This document shows positions 18,130 through 27,009 of a DNA stretch of 64,000 nt, piece after piece. The notes under the pieces were generated by a model, which saw only the letters and a program-made list of their open reading frames with translations, made no database searches and had not been told where the DNA came from. Positions within the stretch are counted from its first letter, which is position 1. Each line of letters begins with the position of its first letter. The stretch is taken from NCBI GenBank assembly GCA_038065475.1, contig JBBTQY010000010.1, forward strand, positions 3,531 to 67,530. The letters are read 5' to 3'. This DNA comes from Patescibacteria group bacterium (lineage in GTDB: Bacteria; Patescibacteriota; Minisyncoccia; Ryanbacterales; GWA2-47-10b). The position numbers were made by a program, and so were the translations under genes.

Positions 18130-20234
18130 CGATCACGCTCGAGAAGCGCTCGCGCTTCTGTGCGTGCGGCCTCTACCATTTTAATGTTTTTGAGCGCTTC
18201 CATGCCGATGTCTGAAAGGCCCCACTGATTTTTGCCAGTAAGTTCGCCTGGACCTCGCAGCTCGAGATCACGCTCGGCAAGTTCAAAGCCATTTTTTGCG
18301 CTCTTGAGCGCGCGCAGGCGCGCGAGTGTTGTTTGTGCCGATGATTCAGAGATTGCGTAAAAATATGATTGATGCTGCCCGCGCCCGATGCGACCTCGCA
18401 ATTGATGGAGTTGCGCCAAACCAAAGCGATCGGCTCCCTCTACTATCATGATGGTGGCGTTGGGTACGTCGATACCCACTTCGACGACCGAGGTGGCGAC
18501 GAGTATTTGGATTTTGTTATCACGAAAATCTGCAAGCGTTTTTTCTTTATCGCGCGGCGTCATTTTACCGTGCAGCATAGCGCTTTTAAATTGCGGAAAT
18601 ATTTCTTTGCTCATGCGTTCATATTCTTTTTTGACTGATTTGCGTTCATCATCGCCCTCATCAATGCGTGAGCAGATGATGTAGGCCTGGCGCCCCGCCT
18701 CGAGCTCGGAGCGTGCAAAATCCCACGAGCGATCTTTGGGCTTGAGAAGTACCTCGGTGATGATAGGTGAGCGGCCGGGTGGGAGTTCGTCGAGCACTGA
18801 TAGATCAAGGTCACCAAAGACGGTGAGCGCGAGTGTGCGGGGGATGGGCGTTGCAGTCATTGAGAGAAAATGCGGGTTATACTCATGATCGCGTGATTTT
18901 GATTTGGCGAGCCGCATGCGCTGCCCCACGCCAAAGCGATGCTGTTCGTCGACGACGATAAATGCCAAATGCCGAAAGCGCACTTTCTCAGAGAGTAGTG
19001 CATGCGTGCCGATGAGGATTGTCACCTCGCCTGACTCGAGCCATTTGAATAATTGTGTTTTTGAGATGTGCGCGGGTTTACCACCAAACGCTTTTGATGG
19101 ATAGACGAGCGCCTCGCTTGATGTTAGCAATCCAATCTTGCGAAAGGGCGTACCAAGAAGTTTTGAGAATGTATCAAAGTGCTGACGCGCCAAGATTTCG
19201 GTAGGCGCCATGTAGGTTGCCTGAAACCCTGCGTTGGTCGCGAGGGCTGCGGCACCCGCCGCAATGACTGTTTTGCCCGAGCCCACGTCACCCTCGAGGA
19301 GCCGTGCCATGGGAGTTTTCTTGCTGATGTCGCTAGTTATCGCTTCAAATACTTTTCGCTGCGTTTTGGTAAATGAAAAGGGAAGTGAGGTAAAAAACGC
19401 ATCGAGCGCTTTTTGGTCGGGTGGAATAGGAAGCGAAGAAGTTTCTTCAAGACGCAGGCGCTCTTGCATGCGCGAGAGTTGAATAAAAAAAATCTCATCG
19501 AACGCGAGTCGCTTTCGCGCACCCTCGTTTTCTTTTTCAGACTTTGGCCAGTGTGCGGCGCGTATGGCGGTCTGCAGGTTCGGCAGATTGTAGCGCGCCA
19601 AAATATCTTCAGGGACGGGATCTGTGAACGCTTCACGAACAGCAATTTCTTCGGTCTTAACCCTAAAGGGCTCCGACGCCCTTAGAAATTCCTGTTCGTT
19701 TCGCTTGGAGAGAATTTCATAAGTTTTTAATATATAAAACTGAAGCCAGCGGCTCGATACGCCGCGCGTAGCAGGGTATACGGGTAGAAATGACCCCGTG
19801 ACAGATTCCGCTAAAAACAATTGCCCCACTTTTTCATAAAGTGGATTTGAGAAAAAAAGTGACCCTTTGCGTTCGCCAACCTTGCCCTCAAGGCGCACAA
19901 GGTCGTCTTTGGCGAGCTGTTTTGAGATGTATGGCTGATGAAACCACACGGCGGTAATCTCACCCGTGTGATCGGCGACTCGGGCCTCAGTGATGCGCAG
20001 GCGCTTTTGAAAAGTTTTCTTGGCCTCGAGCGAGATAATTTTGCCCTCGACCGCTACCGTATCGCCGCTTGCAATATCCTTGATAGCTTTAATCTTTGAG
20101 GTGCGCGTGTAGCGCGAGGGGAGATATCGCAACAGATCGCCTGCGGTCTGGATACCGAGGCGCCCGAGCGCGCGCTTTTGTATTTCGGTCAGTCGGAAGA
20201 GATCTGAGAGTGGCGTCTCAAGCGAATGCGACAT
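18060..20234 (-). CDS. recG: ATP-dependent DNA helicase RecG
   Basis: Wedge domain, Walker A GDVGSGKT, DEQHRFGV and helicase C motifs. Confidence 0.92.
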   Translation of the reverse strand: MSHSLETPLSDLFRLTEIQKRALGRLGIQTAGDLLRYLPSRYTRTSKIKAIKDIASGDTVAVEGKIISLEAKKTFQKRLRITEARVADHTGEITAVWFHQPYISKQLAKDDLVRLEGKVGERKGSLFFSNPLYEKVGQLFLAESVTGSFLPVYPATRGVSSRWLQFYILKTYEILSKRNEQEFLRASEPFRVKTEEIAVREAFTDPVPEDILARYNLPNLQTAIRAAHWPKSEKENEGARKRLAFDEIFFIQLSRMQERLRLEETSSLPIPPDQKALDAFFTSLPFSFTKTQRKVFEAITSDISKKTPMARLLEGDVGSGKTVIAAGAAALATNAGFQATYMAPTEILARQHFDTFSKLLGTPFRKIGLLTSSEALVYPSKAFGGKPAHISKTQLFKWLESGEVTILIGTHALLSEKVRFRHLAFIVVDEQHRFGVGQRMRLAKSKSRDHEYNPHFLSMTATPIPRTLALTVFGDLDLSVLDELPPGRSPIITEVLLKPKDRSWDFARSELEAGRQAYIICSRIDEGDDERKSVKKEYERMSKEIFPQFKSAMLHGKMTPRDKEKTLADFRDNKIQILVATSVVEVGIDVPNATIMIVEGADRFGLAQLHQLRGRIGRGQHQSYFYAISESSAQTTLARLRALKSAKNGFELAERDLELRGPGELTGKNQWGLSDIGMEALKNIKMVEAARTEARALLERDRELALHPTLRDAVSKMQSDYHFE

Positions 20235-20258
20235 AATAGTTTATTGTATACTTTTTTG

Positions 20259-20330
20259 TGCCCTCGTGTGGAATCGAACCACAATTACAAGCTCCGCAAG
20301 CTTGCGTCCTATCCATTGAACGACAAGGGC
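20259..20330 (-). tRNA. tRNA-Arg (anticodon GCG, predicted)
   Basis: Acceptor GCCCTTG/CGAGGGC, anticodon stem CAAGC/GCTTG, loop UUGCGGA, T-loop TTCGATT; no CCA. Confidence 0.7.
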
Positions 20331-20332
20331 TT

Positions 20333-20872
20333 TTAAAATTTTAACAATCGCGCCAAAACTTCAAGGAGCGATTCTTCTTGTACTACCTCCGGCATGAAAT
20401 CGAGCAAAAATTCACGCAATGCTACCGGGTCTTGATCACCGAGCGGGATTTTTATCATGGGTACCAACATCTGCTCCGAGCGAACTGAGAGCTCTTTGAC
20501 GTCGCCAGCACGATAGAAAATCCAAAATGATTGTAGCGTTTCATAAGGAAAAAGTCTATCACCCACACGTATGCCCGCGCCCGATATTTCAAATGTGACA
20601 ATGTCAGGCCGGCGTGCGCCATAGATCAGTACTGCTACCCCCCCGACCAATATGAGAAAAGCAAAGAGGATACTTTCCAGATAGTAGGAGCTTACGAGGA
20701 GTGCCGCCATGATAACGACTGCCGACCAGTACCAATCAGCCTGTTTTTCATAGTGGACATATTCAGGAGCCTGCCACTTGATAGATCGAACAGTTTGCGG
20801 GTGTTCGCGTACGGGCATGTGCGCGGGAGCGTGTTCGGGTTTTCTCTTTTTTACATCGCTGATTGATGCCAT
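20333..20872 (-). CDS. hypothetical membrane protein (two TM helices plus a cytoplasmic domain)
   Basis: 179 aa with two hydrophobic helices near residues 50-95. Confidence 0.5.
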   Translation of the reverse strand: MASISDVKKRKPEHAPAHMPVREHPQTVRSIKWQAPEYVHYEKQADWYWSAVVIMAALLVSSYYLESILFAFLILVGGVAVLIYGARRPDIVTFEISGAGIRVGDRLFPYETLQSFWIFYRAGDVKELSVRSEQMLVPMIKIPLGDQDPVALREFLLDFMPEVVQEESLLEVLARLLKF

Positions 20873-20899
20873 ACCAAAAGTATATCATAGTAGTGCTAC

Positions 20900-21730
20900 A
20901 TGACTCACGCTGCATTTAGGAAAAAAGTGCTCACCTGGTATCGTGCCTATGGCCGGCATGATTTGCCGTGGAGGCATACGCGCGATCCGTATCGTATTTT
21001 GGTCTCAGAAATCATGTTGCAACAGACGCAGGTTGATCGTGTGCGTGAGAAGTACGGCGAGTTTTTGCGTGCTTTTCCCTCCATGCGCAAGCTGGCAAAG
21101 TCTACCCCCGCATCAGTAGTGCGCGTTTGGAAGGGGCTTGGGTATAACCGACGGGCGCTCAACTTGCGCCGTGCCGCACTTGCCATTACCCAACAGCACG
21201 CGGGTCATCTGCCGCAAGATATTGCCACCCTTGAATCATTGCCGGGTATTGGCCCGTATACTGCGCGTGCTGTGCGGGTATTTGTATGGAATAGGCGAGA
21301 GGTGGTGCTCGAGACCAATATTCGCCGCGTATATTTGCATTATTTTTTTCCTGGCAGGCGCTCGGTACGCGATAGCGAGATCGAGGAAATGATTGAGCGT
21401 ACCTTACCTGCAAGAAATGCACGCGAGTGGTACTGGGCGCTCATGGATTATGGTGCACGTGCGCTCAAAGGTATTGAAAACCCAAACCGCCGCAGTAGGC
21501 ACTATGCACGCCAATCGCGTTTTGAAGGTTCACAACGCTATGCCCGTGCAAAACTCTTGGACTTTATTTTGGCTCGCCGTACGAGCGCGCCGCTTCCGAT
21601 TATCAAGGCATATATGATGCAAGATCCATACCTTTCACAGTGGCGTGATCGTGTGCTTGAAATTTTGGCGATGCTTGCTGCCGATGGATTTATCGAGCGC
21701 ACCAAAAATGGATGGAGGGCTCAGCGTTAA
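20900..21730 (+). CDS. HhH-GPD base-excision glycosylase, MutY/Nth family (no Fe-S cysteines, no NUDIX)
   Basis: MutY-like N-terminus (WYRAYGRHDLPWR...ILVSEIMLQQTQV) and an HhH loop LPGIGPYTA. Confidence 0.75.
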   Translation: MTHAAFRKKVLTWYRAYGRHDLPWRHTRDPYRILVSEIMLQQTQVDRVREKYGEFLRAFPSMRKLAKSTPASVVRVWKGLGYNRRALNLRRAALAITQQHAGHLPQDIATLESLPGIGPYTARAVRVFVWNRREVVLETNIRRVYLHYFFPGRRSVRDSEIEEMIERTLPARNAREWYWALMDYGARALKGIENPNRRSRHYARQSRFEGSQRYARAKLLDFILARRTSAPLPIIKAYMMQDPYLSQWRDRVLEILAMLAADGFIERTKNGWRAQR

Positions 21731-21747
21731 GATGATAGACTGCACGT

Positions 21748-22401
21748 ATGTCTGACGATCCAGAGTACAATGAAAAATATATCGAGGCGAAAGAACGCCA
21801 GGCGGCTCAACATAAAACGACGGGCGAGCGTGACGCAGGTCACGCTGATCGCCTGCCACCCGGGCAAATACTCACGCAAGGTTTTCCTATTTTAGATCTC
21901 GGTATTCGCCCGCGGCGTGACCAGTATGCGAGCTGGAAGATTTTTGTGCGTGGCCTATGTGAAAATCCGCGAGAGTTTTCGCTCGAAGAGATAAAAAAAT
22001 TTGGCAAAGATGAACGCACGCTTGATTTTCATTGTGTCACGCGCTGGTCACGCTACGATCTTCCGTGGGGAGGCATGCTGTTTTCGCGTTTTTGCCAGCT
22101 GGTAAAACCAAAACCTACAGCGACTACCGTCATCTTTCATTCGTATGATAAGTACACGACCAACGTGCCACTTGCAGAAGCTTTAGGTAAAAATGTACTG
22201 ATCGCCTATGAGCTAGAGGGTAAAGAGATCCCACCCGAGCATGGGGGACCCGTGCGTATGATTGTGCCAACCCTGTACGGTTGGAAATCTGCAAAGTTTT
22301 TGACCGGTATAGAATTTTTAGATCACGACGAGCCCGGTTTTTGGGAAACGCGTGGATATCACAACCACGCCGACCCGTGGATAGAGGAGCGATACTCATA
22401 A
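21748..22401 (+). CDS. sulfite-oxidase-family molybdopterin oxidoreductase (MsrP/YedY-like catalytic domain)
   Basis: Mo-cofactor domain motifs FHCVTRWSRYDLPWGG and GGPVRMIVP. Confidence 0.7.
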   Translation: MSDDPEYNEKYIEAKERQAAQHKTTGERDAGHADRLPPGQILTQGFPILDLGIRPRRDQYASWKIFVRGLCENPREFSLEEIKKFGKDERTLDFHCVTRWSRYDLPWGGMLFSRFCQLVKPKPTATTVIFHSYDKYTTNVPLAEALGKNVLIAYELEGKEIPPEHGGPVRMIVPTLYGWKSAKFLTGIEFLDHDEPGFWETRGYHNHADPWIEERYS

Positions 22402-22445
22402 AAAGAAAAAGCGGCTTTCTCGCTGGGCGAGAAAGCCGTGGGTGT

Positions 22446-23006
22446 CTAGATGGAGCGATCGCGTGGGTTGGGCCGCAGTTCAACCACGCCGGGTACGAGT
22501 CCGACCTTGGATTCTCCAGCGGTCACGTCGGCTTCTGCGGCCTTGTTGATTGCCTCGAGCTCCTCTGGCGTCATGGTCTTCTGCTTGCCCTGGAGATTGA
22601 GACGTGCCTGGCGCCCGTCAGGCCAGCGGAATGGCTGCGAGAGGCGACGACGCACTTCAGCCATAGGCACAGGATCGCGCGGCGGCGGCAGAGGTTTGAA
22701 GAAAATCATGATGACCTTGGTGGGCTCGACGATCTCGACCTCTTTCCACCGATCCGGATACTGGCGGTTGGGTTTGGTTTGCCCGTAGGTGTGTCGGAGC
22801 CCGAGTGACAGTACTTCGGTGCGCAGGTAGTGTTCACCAAAGATGATTTTGGCCTGTGCCTCGACGTGCTCGACGAGCTTTGCTTCTTGCGTCGGGGTCA
22901 GGCTGATGAGCGGGAAGAGCTCGAGCTCAGGTGGAACTTTCGCGTGAGCCGCACTCGCCATCATTGTCACCATGATCGCTACGAACATCCTCAACGGCGT
23001 TTTCAT
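22446..23006 (-). CDS. secreted hypothetical protein (GC-rich island 3), paralog of 23052..23510
   Basis: Signal peptide MKTPLRMFVAIMVTMMASAAHA and a shared motif (S/A)T..Q(A/E)K(I/L)(L/V)E(H/Y)(V/I)E. Confidence 0.6.
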   Translation of the reverse strand: MKTPLRMFVAIMVTMMASAAHAKVPPELELFPLISLTPTQEAKLVEHVEAQAKIIFGEHYLRTEVLSLGLRHTYGQTKPNRQYPDRWKEVEIVEPTKVIMIFFKPLPPPRDPVPMAEVRRRLSQPFRWPDGRQARLNLQGKQKTMTPEELEAINKAAEADVTAGESKVGLVPGVVELRPNPRDRSI

Positions 23007-23051
23007 AGGCCCTCCTCAGGCGCATGGGTTTTGTGGCAAGGAGCCCGCAGG

Positions 23052-23510
23052 TTACGTTTGGCTGCTGGGACGGGTAGTGTCGGTACAGATCTGCACATAC
23101 CGTGGTGTGATCACCCAGATGTCCTTGTCGGGCGGTAGATTGTACGAACTCTTGTCGCTTTCTGCCGGGAGCCCGACGACGAACTTGCTCATGAACGCAT
23201 CGCGATTCTCGTCGAGAGAGAATGGCGTCGCGAGCTTTGTCGATACAAACAACACACCTCGCCAAGGTGTGTTTTTGGCAAACCGCATCTCGACGGTGAT
23301 CTGCCCGGAGGGGTTCTTGCCTCGGGTGATCTCGAGATTGGGGTCGAGAAAGGTCTCGCGACCTACCCCTTCGATGTACTCGAGAATCTTGGCTTGATCA
23401 GTCGCTGAGAGTGTCTCGATGTGGCGTTCTCGGCAATCGTTTCCGTGCGCCGTTCCTGCCAGAGTGACAGCTACCGCTAGTGCTAGGAGCGTTCCCCATA
23501 GCGTTTTCAT
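23052..23510 (-). CDS. secreted hypothetical protein (GC-rich island 3), paralog
   Basis: Signal peptide MKTLWGTLLALAVAVTLAGTAHG; an RBS precedes the start. Confidence 0.6.
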   Translation of the reverse strand: MKTLWGTLLALAVAVTLAGTAHGNDCRERHIETLSATDQAKILEYIEGVGRETFLDPNLEITRGKNPSGQITVEMRFAKNTPWRGVLFVSTKLATPFSLDENRDAFMSKFVVGLPAESDKSSYNLPPDKDIWVITPRYVQICTDTTRPSSQT

Positions 23511-23601
23511 GCGTCCTCCTTTCGCTCAGGGGGTTCTGCGGCGAGCATAGCGCCCGAAAAGCTACAATGCAAGCGATTCTTTATATAAGAAAAAGAGCCC
23601 G

Positions 23602-23796
23602 TCAGCTCGGTTGCTGAGGGCTCCAAGTGCGCCGCAGGAGATGCCGGAAGGTTGCGGCGATGATGGTGACTGCGGCGAGGAAGCCGTGACCGACGGTCAG
23701 GTTGCCGCCGATGTGGTAGGGGAAGATACACTCGATGAGAGCGTAGATGCAGAACACCAGGATGAGCGCGCGGTGTCGTCCGATGAAATGCCGCAC
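23602..23796 (-). CDS. small hydrophobic protein (possible)
   Basis: 64 aa with two hydrophobic helices; GC-rich. Confidence 0.3.
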   Translation of the reverse strand: MRHFIGRHRALILVFCIYALIECIFPYHIGGNLTVGHGFLAAVTIIAATFRHLLRRTWSPQQPS

Positions 23797-23902
23797 GTGT
23801 CCTCCTTGCCCGAAGGGCTTTGGTCTAGAAAGAAAGTACCATATGTTGGCTCTAATGCAAGCGGGTTGAATGAAGGCGAAAATATGGTAGAGTGCAAAGC
23901 AC

Positions 23903-23972
23903 GGAGGCGTGGGTCGAAAGCGTTTAAATAGCTTTCGACGGGCGAAGCCCAGGGTCGCGCGAGGGGCGCGAC
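23903..23972 (+). other. partial copy of the tRNA-Ser 5' end (ACGGAGGCGTGG), followed by two perfect hairpins
   Basis: A 12-nt identity with the tRNA-Ser 5' end, then hairpins gtcgaaagc...gctttcgac and gtcgcgc...gcgcgac. Confidence 0.5.
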
Positions 23973-24016
23973 AGTGGAAACCACGAAGCCACGCTTCAAT
24001 AAATAAAATTTAAATA

Positions 24017-24108
24017 CGGAGGCGTGGCTGAGTGGCCGAAAGCACCTCACTGCTAATGAGGTAGGCGCCAAAAGCGCCTCGAAGGTTCGAATCCTTCCGC
24101 CTCCGCCA
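24017..24108 (+). tRNA. tRNA-Ser (anticodon GCU), CCA encoded
   Basis: Long variable arm; anticodon stem-loop CCTCA-CTGCTAA-TGAGG; T-loop TTCGAAT; ends in CCA. Confidence 0.85.
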
Positions 24109-24204
24109 GCTAGGAAACGTGTTCAAGAAGATTTGTTAAAATAAGAGCGTCGTTATTAATCATTAGCGATAGGTAGTCAGCGTGTATTGTAATACAACAT
24201 ACCC

Positions 24205-24630
24205 ATGAAAGAGTCTGTAGAAATGAAGGAATTTCATCAACCCATAGAGACCGAGATCGAAGAAGGGTTATTAGAATTACGAAATGAAGAAGAGCGATAC
24301 CGCCAGTCTGTAAGTCAATTAGACGATCAGAAAAGACAACGAAAAGTACTAGATAAAATAGAACGGATATCAGAAGCAATCGCAGGTATAGAACGGAATG
24401 ATTTTTCGCTTGCGCTTGAAATATATGAAAGCGCATTCATAAAAACTCGAGAAGTTATTGAAAGAGAAGAAAGGGACTTAGAGGATAACTTCTATTCATT
24501 TCTTGAAGATAAAGAGGAACGCGAAAGAATTATATCAAATATAAAAGAGGTTGTAGTAAGCTTATCTTTAAAATTGAAGGACTTAGATAAATGTATCCGG
24601 TACATGAAAAGTAGGGCTACTCTGCATTAA
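24205..24630 (+). CDS. highly charged coiled-coil hypothetical protein
   Basis: AT-rich; heptad-like charged repeats; weak RBS. Confidence 0.35.
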   Translation: MKESVEMKEFHQPIETEIEEGLLELRNEEERYRQSVSQLDDQKRQRKVLDKIERISEAIAGIERNDFSLALEIYESAFIKTREVIEREERDLEDNFYSFLEDKEERERIISNIKEVVVSLSLKLKDLDKCIRYMKSRATLH

Positions 24631-24637
24631 AATTTTT

Positions 24638-25063
24638 ATGCGCCAAGAAATACTCGACTACCTAAAAACTCAAAAGATTGGCGTGTTAGCCGTGGAGATG
24701 CCTGATGGCTCGCCGCATGCAGCCACCGTGCATTTTGCGCACACCGAAGATCCGTTTGAATTTTTCTTTGAGACATATCGTGACTCACGTAAAGCTGAGG
24801 CACTTTTGGCAAAAGAAACCGTGCGCGCATCATTTGTAGTAGGTGTAGACGAAAAAAATATGAAAACTTTGCAGCTTGATGGTACCATTCGGGTTGCGAA
24901 GCCAGACGAAAAAGAAGTTTTTGATGCTATCTATCTTGCCAAGTTTCCATCCAAGAAAGAAAAATCAAACGATCCTATATTTATGTACTTCAAATTTACT
25001 CCTAGCTGGTGGCGTTTTACCGACTGGACTGCGCCCGAAGGGAAGCTCATTCTCACTTCATAA
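24638..25063 (+). CDS. pyridoxamine 5'-phosphate oxidase-like FMN-binding split-barrel protein
   Basis: PNPOx-like N-terminus (LKTQKIGVLAVEMPDGSPHAATVHF). Confidence 0.65.
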   Translation: MRQEILDYLKTQKIGVLAVEMPDGSPHAATVHFAHTEDPFEFFFETYRDSRKAEALLAKETVRASFVVGVDEKNMKTLQLDGTIRVAKPDEKEVFDAIYLAKFPSKKEKSNDPIFMYFKFTPSWWRFTDWTAPEGKLILTS

Positions 25064-25068
25064 AAAAA

Positions 25069-25096
25069 GAGCCCCGCGCTTGTGCGCTAGGGCTCA
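25069..25096 (-). terminator. hairpin gagccccgcgc/gcgctagggctc with a T-run on the minus strand
   Basis: Seen in sequence; overlaps the stop codon of 25094..25312. Confidence 0.45.
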
Positions 25097-25312
25097 GATC
25101 GCCACTGCAAGGATGGCTGTGAGGAGCGAATGGGAGCCACCCACGTCATAGGAAAATGGAATGAACTGGAACCGTGTGTCTGGATAGCGCCTTCTTACTT
25201 CTGCGAAGGTATCCGCGAAGTGACGAGCTGTTTTGGAGGAGAACATATCCGACGGCCTAAGAAGAAGCGTGAGGGGCTCCTTGTCACTCATTACTTTAAT
25301 GGAGTCAATCAC
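25094..25312 (-). CDS. small hypothetical protein (72 aa), possibly a gene fragment
   Basis: A terminator follows it; no family recognised. Confidence 0.3.
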   Translation of the reverse strand: MIDSIKVMSDKEPLTLLLRPSDMFSSKTARHFADTFAEVRRRYPDTRFQFIPFSYDVGGSHSLLTAILAVAI

Positions 25313-25495
25313 TTTTTCCCTATCCTTTCCCTCGAGCTTTCAGCGAACACGAATTCGCTGTTTGGTTGTGAAATTGTTTCGTTTAAAAATATACCATGAT
25401 ACTATTGGTGTGTCAATATATCTTTGGTGATGAGTATCCCTGGTTTTGTATAAAAAAGAAAAAAGACCCTTGAAGGGGGCCTTATGGTCGGCGAT

Positions 25496-26218
25496 TTACG
25501 AGCGAGGTACGCCCTTGCTCCAACCGGGAAGTGTGTTACCGACATCGATCACCACCTTGCCGGACTTTGCAATCTCCGGCCCTATGAGCTTGCCGGCCGG
25601 ACCAGCGCTAAACAGTACTAGCTGCTTGTCCGAATGTGCGGCGGCATCGATCGCAGCATCATTGTCACGCCAGCTTCGCTTCTCAAAGCCAGCAAAGTGT
25701 GACTGAGGAATCCCGTAGGTTTGTACGAAGTTTCTCGCCAGCTCTTCGGGGTCTTTATGCATGATCAGCACACCGTCGCTTGCTCGCAGCAGCATGTCTA
25801 GCATGTCCTTCGTCCAATCGTTGACGAAGAAGTTGTCGAGGTAAACTTCGCGTGGCTCGAAGTGATCATAGAGCCAGTAGTCTCTGCGAGAGATACCAGA
25901 TACGGATGGGGCGAAGTACGTGCACTCGTTGCCAGCTTTCAGGATGTTGGCTTTGATGTTTGCTACATCGAGACCATCAATGCCCAGGCGTGCGTTCCAC
26001 GCGGCATCCCGATCGTTGAAACGGGTAAAGGGTCTCCCATCTTCCGCCTCCAAAAGGGCTACCTCTCCGTCTCCCATACGTACGATCGAAAGGCTCGTAC
26101 GCTGTGTGATGGCGTCACTGACTAGCGCGAACGCCGCCCGCGAGCTCAAGGTTCGCCGGCAAAGATCGGCTTCTGTGGTGCTTAATTGTCTTATGGATAA
26201 GAACATTTTTCCTCCCAA
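25496..26218 (-). CDS. hypothetical protein, possible GT-D/DUF1792-like glycosyltransferase (DxE at RMGDGE)
   Basis: 240 aa; an N-terminal RMGDGE motif resembles the DXE metal site of GT-D enzymes. The assignment is weak. Confidence 0.4.
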   Translation of the reverse strand: MGGKMFLSIRQLSTTEADLCRRTLSSRAAFALVSDAITQRTSLSIVRMGDGEVALLEAEDGRPFTRFNDRDAAWNARLGIDGLDVANIKANILKAGNECTYFAPSVSGISRRDYWLYDHFEPREVYLDNFFVNDWTKDMLDMLLRASDGVLIMHKDPEELARNFVQTYGIPQSHFAGFEKRSWRDNDAAIDAAAHSDKQLVLFSAGPAGKLIGPEIAKSGKVVIDVGNTLPGWSKGVPRS

Positions 26219-26278
26219 AACTTAGTGGTTCACTAATCTTTGTGGATGGTAGCATGAGTAGGCGCCGAGAGCTACTCG

Positions 26279-26953
26279 TCACCCATGCGCTAATACTGCC
26301 GCACTGATTCTGCGAGCGCCGCGGTGTTTGAGTAAACGAGCGGCCTCGGAAAGTGTGGCGCCGGTGGTGGCGACATCGTCGATGAGTAAAATAGCCTTGC
26401 CTTCTATATCTTGAGGTCTTCGTATCTCAAAAGCATCGCGAATGCTCTCAAACCGCGCTTTGCGCGAGTCGCTACGCGCTTGAGGAGGTGTTGCAACCGT
26501 ACGTACGAGCGCGCGATTTATGAGCGGCAAGCCGAGCTCGCGCGCTATCAGATATGACTGGTTGAACCCGCGTTCGCGCTCTTTTGATTTGTGTATTGGT
26601 ATCGGTAGCGCATGCCAGTCGTCTTGGGGCAACTGGGTGATAGTTTGCTCTAAATGCTTGGCGAGCGCGGGGGCCGCGCCCCGGAGTCCCTTATATTTGT
26701 AGTCGCCAATGACTTTATGCGTCTTTTCATGACTGTATCGCCATGGCCAAACTATTGCCTCGAGCGCATAGCGCTTGGCGCACTGTGCACAGACGTGTGT
26801 TTTTGGTGCACGTGCTTCGCAGAAAAAGCAATTTTGCGCGTAGGCGCGGATATCTGCTACGCATGTATCACAAATCCACACGCCTTTTGCTCCGCACCCG
26901 CCGCAACGGGGAGGGAAGAGTATTTGCATCGTTGTGTGGATAACATTGCGCAC
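26279..26953 (-). CDS. comF: competence protein ComF (zinc-finger plus phosphoribosyltransferase domain)
   Basis: N-terminal CxxC...CxxC pairs and a PRT motif LLIDDVATTGATL. Confidence 0.8.
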   Translation of the reverse strand: MRNVIHTTMQILFPPRCGGCGAKGVWICDTCVADIRAYAQNCFFCEARAPKTHVCAQCAKRYALEAIVWPWRYSHEKTHKVIGDYKYKGLRGAAPALAKHLEQTITQLPQDDWHALPIPIHKSKERERGFNQSYLIARELGLPLINRALVRTVATPPQARSDSRKARFESIRDAFEIRRPQDIEGKAILLIDDVATTGATLSEAARLLKHRGARRISAAVLAHG

Positions 26954-27009
26954 AGAATCGCCTTATTTTTATGATATGATTTGCCTATGCCAATACTTCG
27001 GCGCGGTCT

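Noticed and set aside
22281-22808. Plus-strand ORFs of 175 and 112 aa in island 3
   Set aside because: They are antisense to the signal-peptide-bearing minus-strand gene and show GC-rich shadow-frame composition.
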